Positions 1 through 7,195 of a DNA stretch of 32,000 nt are shown in pieces. The DNA lies in the NCBI RefSeq assembly GCF_964030875.1, contig NZ_OZ034981.1:240001-272000 (forward strand), in the 5' to 3' direction. Position 1 is the stretch's first letter; each line of letters opens with the position of its first letter. This DNA comes from Candidatus Saccharimonadota bacterium (GTDB lineage: Bacteria > Bacteroidota > Bacteroidia > Flavobacteriales > Blattabacteriaceae). The translations under genes were made by a program, and so were the position numbers. Below the pieces are notes generated by a model, which saw nothing but the letters and a program-made list of their open reading frames with translations, was not told where the DNA came from and ran no database searches.

Positions 1-124
1 TAATTTACCTCGTGTATTAAATGGGTTAGGAATTGCAATAATTTCGACCTCTCAAGGCGTCATGACAGATAAACAGGCTCGAGCAAAACATGTTGGAGGA
101 GAAGTTATATGTCATGTATATTAA
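1..124 (+). CDS. rpsH: 30S ribosomal protein S8, C-terminal fragment (5' end lies outside the window)
   Basis: The frame from nt 2 reads [40 protein letters not shown] with a stop at 122-124. This is a typical S8 C-terminus, and it sits directly upstream of rplF as in the spc operon. Confidence 0.85.
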   Translation, partial: NLPRVLNGLGIAIISTSQGVMTDKQARAKHVGGEVICHVY

Positions 125-135
125 AAATGTTATTT

Positions 136-684
136 ATGTTAAGAATTCGAAATTTTCCTCTTTCTATACCGAAAGGAGTTTCGGTCGAATTAAAAAACAA
201 TAATCTTATAGAAGTATTAGGACAGATCGGAAAATTACAACAAGTATTCTCTTCACGAATTAAAATAGAATATAATGGAGAAAAACTCTTAGTGAAGAGA
301 ACTTCAGATAACAAGGAAGATAGAGCAATACATGGTCTTTATTGCTCAATTATTAAAAATATGTTTATTGGAGTCACCATGGGATTTTCTAAGGAATTGG
401 AATTAGTAGGAATAGGATACAGAGCTTTTCATAAAAATCAACGATTAGAATTAAATTTAGGTTTTTCTCACAATATTATAATGGAACTTCCGATAGAAAT
501 TAAACTACATACCCAATATGAAAAAGGAAAAAATCCATTAATTATTCTTAAATCCTGTGATAAGCAACTATTAGGTCTTGTTGCTGCTAAAATTTATTCT
601 ATTAGAAAACCAGATCCTTATAAGGGAAAAGGAGTAAGATACGTCGGAAAATATATAAGAAGAAAAGCAGGAAAATCCGCTTAA
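136..684 (+). CDS. rplF: 50S ribosomal protein L6
   Basis: This is ORF 109..684. [19 protein letters not shown] aligns with the L6 N-terminus (MSRIGK.PI.IP.GV), so the ATG at 136 is preferred over 109 or 127. Position 109 would overlap rpsH. Confidence 0.9.
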   Translation: MLRIRNFPLSIPKGVSVELKNNNLIEVLGQIGKLQQVFSSRIKIEYNGEKLLVKRTSDNKEDRAIHGLYCSIIKNMFIGVTMGFSKELELVGIGYRAFHKNQRLELNLGFSHNIIMELPIEIKLHTQYEKGKNPLIILKSCDKQLLGLVAAKIYSIRKPDPYKGKGVRYVGKYIRRKAGKSA

Positions 685-686
685 AA

Positions 687-1004
687 ATGTCTAAAAAAAA
701 GAATAAAATTTTTGGTACTTCAGAAAGGCCCCGTCTATCAATATATAGAAGTAATAAAGATATTTTTGCTCAAGTCATTGATGATTTTAAAGGTATTACG
801 TTATCTTCAGCAACAAGTAAGGAAAAAAAATTTAAAATAAAAGTAAGTAAAACTAAAAAAGCTACTTTGGTTGGTCAAATCTTAGGAGAAAAAACTCTTA
901 AGTTAGGTATAAGTCGTGTAGTCTTTGATAGAAATGGTTATCTCTATCACGGTAGAGTAAAAGCCTTAGCTGAAGCAGCTCGAAAAGAAGGATTAGAATT
1001 TTAA
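687..1004 (+). CDS. rplR: 50S ribosomal protein L18
   Basis: 105 aa. The motifs [20 protein letters not shown] and [21 protein letters not shown] are L18 hallmarks, and the operon position fits. Confidence 0.92.
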   Translation: MSKKKNKIFGTSERPRLSIYRSNKDIFAQVIDDFKGITLSSATSKEKKFKIKVSKTKKATLVGQILGEKTLKLGISRVVFDRNGYLYHGRVKALAEAARKEGLEF

Positions 1005-1010
1005 CCCAAA

Positions 1011-1508
1011 ATGGAAAAAACAGTTATTAATAAAAAAATTTCTAGACTTGTTGAAGTAGATAGAGTAGTAAAAGTAACCAAAGGAGGAAGAGGATTTAGT
1101 TATCGGGCACTTGTAGTAGTGGGGAATGAAACTGGTATAGCCGGATACGGGACTGGAAAATCTAAAGATATTTCTGAAGCTATTTCAAAAGCGGAAGATA
1201 ATGCTAAAAAAAATATGTTTAAAATTCCTGCTGTTAATGGTAGTATTCCTCATGAACAAGAATCTCGTTATTCAGGGGCTTGTGTTTTTATGAAACCTGC
1301 TTCTCAAGGAACAGGACTTATTGCTGGTGGCGCAGTGCGCGCTGTATTAGAAGTAGTTGGGATTAAAAACGTACTGTCAAAATCTAAAGGTTCTACTAAT
1401 GCACACAATGTAGTAAAAGCAACGTTTAAAGCATTATCAAATATGCGTGATATAAAAAATATTGCTAGAGAAAGAGGTGTCTCTATACAAAAAGTTTTAA
1501 AAGGTTAA
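1011..1508 (+). CDS. rpsE: 30S ribosomal protein S5
   Basis: 165 aa with VVKVTKGGRGFSYRALVVVGN and GTGLIAGGAVRAVLE motifs. Operon position fits. Confidence 0.93.
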   Translation: MEKTVINKKISRLVEVDRVVKVTKGGRGFSYRALVVVGNETGIAGYGTGKSKDISEAISKAEDNAKKNMFKIPAVNGSIPHEQESRYSGACVFMKPASQGTGLIAGGAVRAVLEVVGIKNVLSKSKGSTNAHNVVKATFKALSNMRDIKNIARERGVSIQKVLKG

Positions 1509-1513
1509 AACAA

Positions 1514-1711
1514 ATGAATAAAATTAAAATTACGCAAGTCAAAAGTATTATAAAATGCTCTAATAATCAAAAAAAAACTATTAAAGCCTTAGGGTTAAGA
1601 AAAATTAATCAGAAGGTAGAGCATCTTTATACTCCTCAAATACTAGGAATGATCCGTAAAGTAAGGCATCTTCTAAAAATAGAAACAAATGAAATTTGTA
1701 AAAAATTGTAA
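1514..1711 (+). CDS. rpmD: 50S ribosomal protein L30
   Basis: 65 aa. KIKITQVKS...KKTIKALGLRKINQKVEH resembles L30. Its 3' end overlaps rplO by 23 nt. Confidence 0.85.
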   Translation: MNKIKITQVKSIIKCSNNQKKTIKALGLRKINQKVEHLYTPQILGMIRKVRHLLKIETNEICKKL

Positions 1712-2105
1712 CCGTCTTGGTAGAGGGCAAGCTTCTGGAAAAGGAGGAACTTCAACACGAGGACATAAAGGAGCAAAATCACGCTCAGGAAATTCTACTA
1801 AATTTGGATTTGAAGGTGGTCAAATGCCTCTACAGCGCCGCATCCCTAAATTTGGATTTAAAAATATTCATCGTAAATGTTATGTTGGTATTAATATAGA
1901 TGTCTTACAAAATTTAGTAGATAAGGGAAAAATTAAAACCGAAGTGAATCCAATAATTTTACAAAAACTCGGTTTAGTATATAAAAATAAATTAGTCAAA
2001 ATATTGGGTCGTGGAAAATTAACATATAAAATAAATTTTTCAGCTTTAAAATTTAGCAAAAGTGCTATAAAAGCAATCCAAAAGGTTGGAGGTCAAATTT
2101 GTTAG
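1689..2105 (+). CDS. rplO: 50S ribosomal protein L15
   Basis: 138 aa with RLGRGQASGKGGTSTRGHKGAKSRSG, the L15 signature. There is an in-frame stop just upstream of the ATG at 1689. The N-terminus looks about 10 aa shorter than typical. Confidence 0.9.
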   Translation: MKFVKNCNRLGRGQASGKGGTSTRGHKGAKSRSGNSTKFGFEGGQMPLQRRIPKFGFKNIHRKCYVGINIDVLQNLVDKGKIKTEVNPIILQKLGLVYKNKLVKILGRGKLTYKINFSALKFSKSAIKAIQKVGGQIC

Positions 2106-3450
2106 TACTCTAAAAAATATTTGTAAAGTAGAAGAATTGCGGAACCGAATTATTGTTACTATTTTTTTTTTATTAGTCTACCGTTTAGTATCTTATGTTC
2201 CTTTAGTAGGAATTAATTCTAGAGAGATAGGTTACTTTATAGAAAATCTGAATCCAAGTCCCAAGAACATTATGCAGGTTCTTTCTTCATTTACTGGTGG
2301 TGCTTTTACCCATGCTTCTGTATTAGCTCTTGGAATCATGCCTTATATCTCAGCCTCTATTGTTATCCAACTGATGGAAATTATTTTTCCATCTCTAAAA
2401 AGAGAAGGAGAAAGTGGGATAAAAAAAATTAATGATCTTACTAAATGGCTTACTATAGGTCTTTGCCTTATTCAGGCCCCAGCATATATTGCAGCACTTA
2501 CTACTCAATTCTTACCATTTTCTTATATTCCTAAAGCTTATCTATTAGATATAACAAGTTACGAGGTCAAATTTGTTTTCTGGTTAATGTCTATTTTATT
2601 ACTTACTACAGGAACATTATTTTCTATGTGGCTTGGAGAAAATATTTCCAATAAAGGAATAGGAAATGGTATTTCATTAATTATTATGATAGGTATCATA
2701 GTACGTTTTCCAGAATCCATAGTTATGGAAATACGAAATAGAATGGAAGTAGGTAACGTTGGTCTATTTTTATTATTTGTTGAATTTATAATTTGGTTTT
2801 TTATCATACTATTTTGTATATTTGTTAGACAATCCGTGAGAAAAATTCCTCTTCAATATGTCAAATCTATTAAAAATTATTCTGTTTCAATAAAACCGTC
2901 AATTCGACAATATATTCCGTTAAGTGTTCTAACGGTAGGAGTTCTGCCTATTATATTTGCACATGCCATTATGTTATTGCCAGTAATTTTATTTCCTCAT
3001 ATTAGAAATGAAGAATTAAAAAAAATTGTAGACATTTTCCAAGATATTTATGGAGTTTGGTATAATATAGTATTTGTTTTTCTTATCATATCCTTTACAT
3101 TTTTTTATACCGCAATTACTATTCCTGTAAATAAAATGGCGGATGATCTTAAAAAAAATGGAGCATATATTCCAGGCGTAAAACCTGGTCAGGATACGAT
3201 TGATTATATAGATAATATTTTGTATAAAATAACTTTTTTAGGAGCAATTTTCCTGGCAATAATTGCCGTATTGCCTGCTATTGTGGTCAGAATAGGAGTT
3301 ACTAAGGGATTTTCTTTATTTTACGGAGGTACATCATTATTAATTATTATAGGAGTAGTACTAGATATGTCTCAACAAATAAATGCTTATTTGCTTAATA
3401 TTCATTATGACGGAATGATGCAAGGAAAAATATCTTATAACAAAAAATAA
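2086..3450 (+). CDS. secY: Preprotein translocase subunit SecY
   Basis: 454 aa and multi-pass hydrophobic. N-terminus [21 protein letters not shown] and [14 protein letters not shown] are SecY motifs. It follows rplO. Confidence 0.93.
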   Translation: MEVKFVSTLKNICKVEELRNRIIVTIFFLLVYRLVSYVPLVGINSREIGYFIENLNPSPKNIMQVLSSFTGGAFTHASVLALGIMPYISASIVIQLMEIIFPSLKREGESGIKKINDLTKWLTIGLCLIQAPAYIAALTTQFLPFSYIPKAYLLDITSYEVKFVFWLMSILLLTTGTLFSMWLGENISNKGIGNGISLIIMIGIIVRFPESIVMEIRNRMEVGNVGLFLLFVEFIIWFFIILFCIFVRQSVRKIPLQYVKSIKNYSVSIKPSIRQYIPLSVLTVGVLPIIFAHAIMLLPVILFPHIRNEELKKIVDIFQDIYGVWYNIVFVFLIISFTFFYTAITIPVNKMADDLKKNGAYIPGVKPGQDTIDYIDNILYKITFLGAIFLAIIAVLPAIVVRIGVTKGFSLFYGGTSLLIIIGVVLDMSQQINAYLLNIHYDGMMQGKISYNKK

Positions 3451-3454
3451 TTTC

Positions 3455-3676
3455 ATGTATAATAAAAAAGAATCTTTTATAGAGCAAGATGCTGAAATTA
3501 TAGAAGCATTGCCTAATGCAATGTTCCGTGCTCGTTTAGAGAACGGACATATTCTTAAAGTTTATATATCTGGAAAAATGAGAAAGAATTATATAAAAAT
3601 TCTTCCTGGAGATAAAGTTAGGATGGAAATTTCTCCTTATGACCTTACTAAAGGTCGAGTTATTTATAGATATTAG
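3455..3676 (+). CDS. infA: Translation initiation factor IF-1
   Basis: 73 aa. [43 protein letters not shown] is the classic IF-1 S1-like fold sequence. Confidence 0.93.
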   Translation: MYNKKESFIEQDAEIIEALPNAMFRARLENGHILKVYISGKMRKNYIKILPGDKVRMEISPYDLTKGRVIYRY

Positions 3677-3696
3677 AATTTATAACATTTGATGCA

Positions 3697-3816
3697 ATGA
3701 AAGTGAAAACCTCTTTAAAAAAAAGAAGTGTTGATTCTAAAATAGTAAGACGTAAGGGTGGACGTTTATATGTAATAGATAAAAAAAATCCAAAATTTAA
3801 ACAAAGACAGGCGTAG
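3697..3816 (+). CDS. rpmJ: 50S ribosomal protein L36
   Basis: This gene is not in the ORF track because it is too short. Hand translation gives [39 protein letters not shown] with a stop at 3814-3816. It lies between infA and rpsM as expected. Confidence 0.88.
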   Translation: MKVKTSLKKRSVDSKIVRRKGGRLYVIDKKNPKFKQRQA

Positions 3817-3819
3817 TAT

Positions 3820-4197
3820 ATGGCAAGACTTTCAGGAGTAGACTTACCTAAAAACAAAAGGGGAGTAATAGGACTAACGTATATCTACGGTATAGGAAAA
3901 AGTACAGCGAAAAAAATCCTTTCCCAAGTAGGAGTAAATCATGATAAAAAAATAAAAGATTGGAGTGATGAAGAAATTAATGACATCCGGAAAGTTCTTC
4001 TAGAAAGTGTAAAAACTGAAGGAGAACTTAAATCGGAATACCAGATGAACATTAAACGTTTAATGGATATAGGTTGCTATAGAGGGATTCGTCATCGAAT
4101 TGGTTTGCCATTAAGGGGACAGAAAACTAAAAATAATTCTAGGACCAGAAAAGGTGTAAAAAAAACAGTAGCTAATAAGAAAAAAATTATTAAATAA
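3820..4197 (+). CDS. rpsM: 30S ribosomal protein S13
   Basis: 125 aa with [14 protein letters not shown] and [18 protein letters not shown]. Confidence 0.93.
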   Translation: MARLSGVDLPKNKRGVIGLTYIYGIGKSTAKKILSQVGVNHDKKIKDWSDEEINDIRKVLLESVKTEGELKSEYQMNIKRLMDIGCYRGIRHRIGLPLRGQKTKNNSRTRKGVKKTVANKKKIIK

Positions 4198-4581
4198 ATG
4201 AAAACACATGGCAAAAACAATAGTAAAAAAGTTGAAGTTGATATTATAGGTATAGCACATATAAATTCTTCTTTCAATAACATTATCATTACTTTAACAA
4301 ATAAAAAAGGAGAGGTTATATGTTCTTGTTCTGCAGGTGAAATAGGATTTAAAGGTTCTAAAAAGAATACACCTTATGCTGCTCAAATAACTGCTGATAA
4401 AGTAGCTGAAAAGGGTTTTAATGCTGGACTTAGAAAAGTAGATGTTATTATAAAAGGATGTGGAATTGGTAGAGAATCAGCTATTCGTTCTTTGAATAAG
4501 GTAATTTCCGTTGTTAGTATTACAGATAGTACTCCATTGCCTCATAATGGATGTAGACCTCCTAAACGTAGAAGAGCTTAA
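4198..4581 (+). CDS. rpsK: 30S ribosomal protein S11
   Basis: 127 aa with [14 protein letters not shown] and [15 protein letters not shown]. Confidence 0.93.
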   Translation: MKTHGKNNSKKVEVDIIGIAHINSSFNNIIITLTNKKGEVICSCSAGEIGFKGSKKNTPYAAQITADKVAEKGFNAGLRKVDVIIKGCGIGRESAIRSLNKVISVVSITDSTPLPHNGCRPPKRRRA

Positions 4582-4583
4582 TT

Positions 4584-5195
4584 ATGGCAAAATATATAGG
4601 ACCTAAAACTAAAATTGCACGGAAATTTTGCGAAAATCTCTTTGGTAAAGACAAAGATTTTGAACGTAAAAAAAATCAACACGTCAGTTATCATAGACGA
4701 GTAAAAAAATCTGGATATGCTCTTCAACTTTTAGAAAAACAGAAACTCAAATATATATATGGTGTTTTGGAACGTCAATGTAGAAGAATGTTTAAAAAAG
4801 CATTAAGTATGAAAAAAAATACTGGTGAAGTCTTTTTACAGTTATTTGAATCTCGTTTAGATAATGTGGTTTATAGATTAGGTATCTCTCTATCTAGGTC
4901 ATCCGCACGACAATTAGTATTACATGGACATATAACTGTCAACCAAAAAAAAGTAAATATTCCTTCTTATTTATTAAAACCAGGAGATATTGTAGAAATT
5001 ATAAACAAATCTAAAAATAATCCAAATATTCAACATGTTTTGAATTCCCATAACTCGGATGGTCAAATAGTTGATTGGTTGGTATGGGATCAAGAAAAAA
5101 TGCGTGGAACTTTTAAAAGTCTTCCTGAAAGAGAAAATATTCCAGAGAATATTAATGAACGAATAATAGTTGAATGGTATTCCAAATATAAATAA
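4584..5195 (+). CDS. rpsD: 30S ribosomal protein S4
   Basis: 203 aa with MAKYIGPKTKIARKF, RLDNVVYRLG and an S4 RNA-binding domain. Confidence 0.93.
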   Translation: MAKYIGPKTKIARKFCENLFGKDKDFERKKNQHVSYHRRVKKSGYALQLLEKQKLKYIYGVLERQCRRMFKKALSMKKNTGEVFLQLFESRLDNVVYRLGISLSRSSARQLVLHGHITVNQKKVNIPSYLLKPGDIVEIINKSKNNPNIQHVLNSHNSDGQIVDWLVWDQEKMRGTFKSLPERENIPENINERIIVEWYSKYK

Positions 5196-5197
5196 AT

Positions 5198-6157
5198 ATG
5201 ACGATTGTAAATATTATACAACCTGAAAGAGTACTCATAAAGAGTGAAACTTTGTATTCAGGCATTTTCGAAATTAACCCTTTGGAACCTGGTTTTGGAG
5301 TTACTATAGGGAATAGCCTAAGACGAATTCTTCTTTCTTCTTTAGAAGGTTTTGCTATTACTTCAGTAAAAATTGAAGGAGTCAATCATGAATTTTCTAC
5401 AATAAAAGGAGTAATAGAAGATGTTACAGACATTATTCTTAATTGTAAAAAAATCCGATTCCAAAAATCTAGTGATTTAAAAAGCACTAAAGAAGAAGTA
5501 ACGGTTTGTATAAAAGATAAAGAGAAAATTACAGCGGGAGATTTTGGCACATTTATATCTGGATTTAAAGTATTGAACCCAGATCTTATTATATGCAATA
5601 AAAAAAAATCTATTCCTTTTAATATTTTCTTTATTATAGAAAAAGGTCGTGGATATGTACCTGCTGAATCAAATAAAAAATATGAATATCCCATAGGAAC
5701 TATTGCGATTGATTCTATATTTACACCAATAAAAAATGTAAAATATACTGTGGAAAATTGTCGTTTTGAACCAAAAACATATTATGAAAAACTTTCTATA
5801 GAAATTCAAACAGATGGTTCTATCTCTCCTAAAGAGGCTTTGATAGAAGCTTCTAAAATTCTAATAAATCACTTTATGTTATTTAATGAGAATAATATTT
5901 CTACCGAGAGTCAAAATATTACAGAACTTTCTGAATATACTGTATACTTGGAGAAATTGTTGAATTCTAATCTTTCCGAACTGGGCTTCTCGGTCAGAGC
6001 ACAAAACTGCTTAAAATCAGCAGAAATTTTTACGTTAAGACAACTAATAAGTAAAACCGAAAAAGATCTAAAAAAATTGAAACATTTTGGAATAAAAACT
6101 TTGAATGAGATAAATATCTTTTTAGAAAAAAAAGGTTTGGGTAGAGTTAAAAAATAA
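5198..6157 (+). CDS. rpoA: DNA-directed RNA polymerase subunit alpha
   Basis: 319 aa. GVTIGNSLRRILLSSLEG is present, and the C-terminal domain carries FSVRAQNCLKSAEI...FGIKTLNEI. Confidence 0.93.
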   Translation: MTIVNIIQPERVLIKSETLYSGIFEINPLEPGFGVTIGNSLRRILLSSLEGFAITSVKIEGVNHEFSTIKGVIEDVTDIILNCKKIRFQKSSDLKSTKEEVTVCIKDKEKITAGDFGTFISGFKVLNPDLIICNKKKSIPFNIFFIIEKGRGYVPAESNKKYEYPIGTIAIDSIFTPIKNVKYTVENCRFEPKTYYEKLSIEIQTDGSISPKEALIEASKILINHFMLFNENNISTESQNITELSEYTVYLEKLLNSNLSELGFSVRAQNCLKSAEIFTLRQLISKTEKDLKKLKHFGIKTLNEINIFLEKKGLGRVKK

Positions 6158-6166
6158 TTCAATCTT

Positions 6167-6190
6167 AGTACGATAAACAGTACGATACAA
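6167..6190. repeat. 12-bp period tandem duplication (agtacgata+3 nt, two copies)
   Basis: agtacgata occurs at 6167-6175 and again at 6179-6187. The intervening and trailing triplets are aac and caa. Confidence 0.7.
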
Positions 6191-6322
6191 CTCATTCATG
6201 TTTTCTCTGGAACTCTGGGAGTAAGGATTGGTAATCCATAAAATTCCGTTATGGAGGTAAAGATTACCTGGTAAAAGGAGTGTTAAGAGAAAATGTGAAT
6301 AGAATACTTTCTCAAGTTTATC

Positions 6323-6338
6323 ATAGATCTATAGATCT
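6323..6338. repeat. 8-bp tandem duplication (atagatct, two copies)
   Basis: atagatct occurs at 6323-6330 and 6331-6338, inside the eno relic. Confidence 0.8.
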
Positions 6339-6433
6339 TATTGAAGGTCCCAAAACATTGGTGGCTAATGCATTGCTAGGAATTTCTTTAGTAGGGTTGA
6401 ACGCTTGTACTCTCACCATAAGCTACCTTTTCA

Positions 6434-6478
6434 CAAGCTCCTCAAGCTCCTCAAGCTCCTCAAGCTCCTCAAGCTGCT
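6434..6478. repeat. 9-bp tandem repeat caagctcct, five copies (four perfect, last unit caagctgct)
   Basis: The units were read directly at 6434, 6443, 6452, 6461 and 6470. This repeat generates the poly-Ser, (KLL)n, (QAP)n and (EEL)n runs seen in the overlapping track ORFs. Confidence 0.95.
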
Positions 6479-6673
6479 GGATATTCACCTTAAGAACAAG
6501 TTTAAAGGAAGTGAATATCTTACTGGCGAAAATTATCACTCTATTGAAGACGTAATGGATAAAAATTGCGTAGACCCGACGATTATATCTCATAGTGAAC
6601 GTCTGGCGAATAAGCTTTTGCGAATTGAAGAAATCCTTGCAGTATATGCCTATTATCCTCAATGGTAAGCTTT

Positions 6674-6700
6674 CTACTCACCCTACTCACCCTACTCACC
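6674..6700. repeat. 9-bp tandem repeat ctactcacc, three perfect copies, ending on the base before the rplQ ATG
   Basis: The units lie at 6674-6682, 6683-6691 and 6692-6700. The ATG is at 6701. Confidence 0.95.
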
Positions 6701-7087
6701 ATGATACACAGGAAAAAGATAAATCATCTTGGGAGAACGTCATCACATAGAAAAGCTATGTTGTCGAATATGGCCTGTTCTCTTATTCTGAAAAAAAGAA
6801 TAAGTACCACTTTAGCTAAGGCGAAAGCATTACAACGTTTTATAGAGCCTCTTCTTACCAAGAGCAAAACATCTAGTACACATTCTAGACGCATAGTATT
6901 TTCATATTTACAAAATAAGTCCGCTGTTGTCGATATTTTTCTTACAGTGGCTCCTAAAATATTAGAGCGTCCTGGAGGTTATACCAGAATTATTAAAACT
7001 GGATTTCGATTGGGTGACGGTTCAGAAATGGCACTAATAGAATTAGTGGATTTTAACCCTAACCCATGGTATACTAAAAACAAATAA
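6701..7087 (+). CDS. rplQ: 50S ribosomal protein L17
   Basis: [29 protein letters not shown] aligns with the canonical L17 N-terminus (MRHGKK.NHLGR...HRKAML.NMA.SLI). The track ORF starts at an upstream in-frame ATG at 6662, which would add [13 protein letters not shown]. Confidence 0.9.
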   Translation: MIHRKKINHLGRTSSHRKAMLSNMACSLILKKRISTTLAKAKALQRFIEPLLTKSKTSSTHSRRIVFSYLQNKSAVVDIFLTVAPKILERPGGYTRIIKTGFRLGDGSEMALIELVDFNPNPWYTKNK

Positions 7088-7195
7088 TAGTACAAGCATT
7101 AAATCGCTATCTGGGGTTATAAGAATCGCGGAATTATCCACATTAATATATTCTTTTCTAGTTGTTCCAGAGGACGGCTAAATTTACAAAGCATT

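Larger units (their letters stand above)
6158..6668 (+). pseudogene. eno: Enolase (eno) relic. About 0.5 kb is left of a roughly 1.3 kb gene, with frameshift(s), stops and internal deletions.
   Basis: The frame of nt 6160 gives IKFRYGGKDYLVKGVLRENVNRIL...IDLIEGPKTLVANALLGISLVGLNA. Compare enolase ELRDGG..RY.GKGV..AV.NVN...ID..MI.LDGT.NKS.LGANAILGVSLA.AKA. The frame of nt 6159 gives KFKGSEYLTGE, YHSIEDVMDKN and [25 protein letters not shown]. Compare FYKDGKY.L.GE, YPIVSIEDG.DE.DW and ISHRSGETED...SRSERVAKYNQLLRIEEELG..A.Y. The consensus strings are recalled from memory, not searched. Confidence 0.65.

Noticed and set aside
109-135. Longer N-terminal extensions offered by the ORF track: rplF from 109, dnaJ from 20908 (TTG), grpE from 21422, and gyrA 'start' at 31952.
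   Set aside because: Alignment to the family N-termini supports the downstream ATGs (136 and 20890, and probably 21365). The start at 109 overlaps rpsH, and 31952 is an internal codon of a gene running off the window.
1689-1711. The 23-nt rpmD/rplO overlap, the 20-nt rplO/secY overlap and the short L15 N-terminus were considered as signs of a frameshift.
   Set aside because: Both partners are open, with normal conserved cores. Small overlaps are common in compacted genomes, and there is an in-frame stop just upstream of the rplO ATG.
3450-3455. No map (methionine aminopeptidase) or adk lies between secY and infA, although def is retained at 13523..14014.
   Set aside because: I am not certain that map sits at this position in Flavobacteriales, and it may simply lie elsewhere in the genome. 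This cannot be judged from one window.
6280-6668. Track ORFs 6280..6555 (poly-Ser run), 6405..6668 ((KLL)x5 amphipathic run, which resembles a designed antimicrobial peptide) and the minus-strand ORF 6423..6662 ((EEL)n) were considered as novel repeat-containing small proteins.
   Set aside because: All three low-complexity runs are the same 9-bp tandem repeat read in different frames. The flanking unique sequence of the two + ORFs matches successive enolase segments in two frames. Neither has an ATG start. They are best explained as pieces of one dead gene.
6158-6700. A structured RNA gene (tmRNA, RNase P RNA or SRP RNA) was considered for the G+C-rich rpoA-rplQ gap. ggaggtaaagattacc faintly recalls the RNase P GAGGAAAGUCC box, and GENY recalls a tmRNA tag.
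   Set aside because: There is no tRNA-like 3' end (GGTTCGAxTCC…CCA). There is no P4 partner sequence (ACAGAA…GGCTTA) and no SRP domain IV motif. The protein-level enolase similarity explains the region better.
6434-6700. The 9-bp repeats were considered as a CRISPR-like array.
   Set aside because: The units are contiguous with no spacers, are far too short, and no cas genes are nearby.
7088-7195. The 108-bp rplQ-valS spacer, with slightly raised G+C, was considered as another gene relic.
   Set aside because: I translated all frames on both strands and could not recognise any family. It is too short to support a claim.
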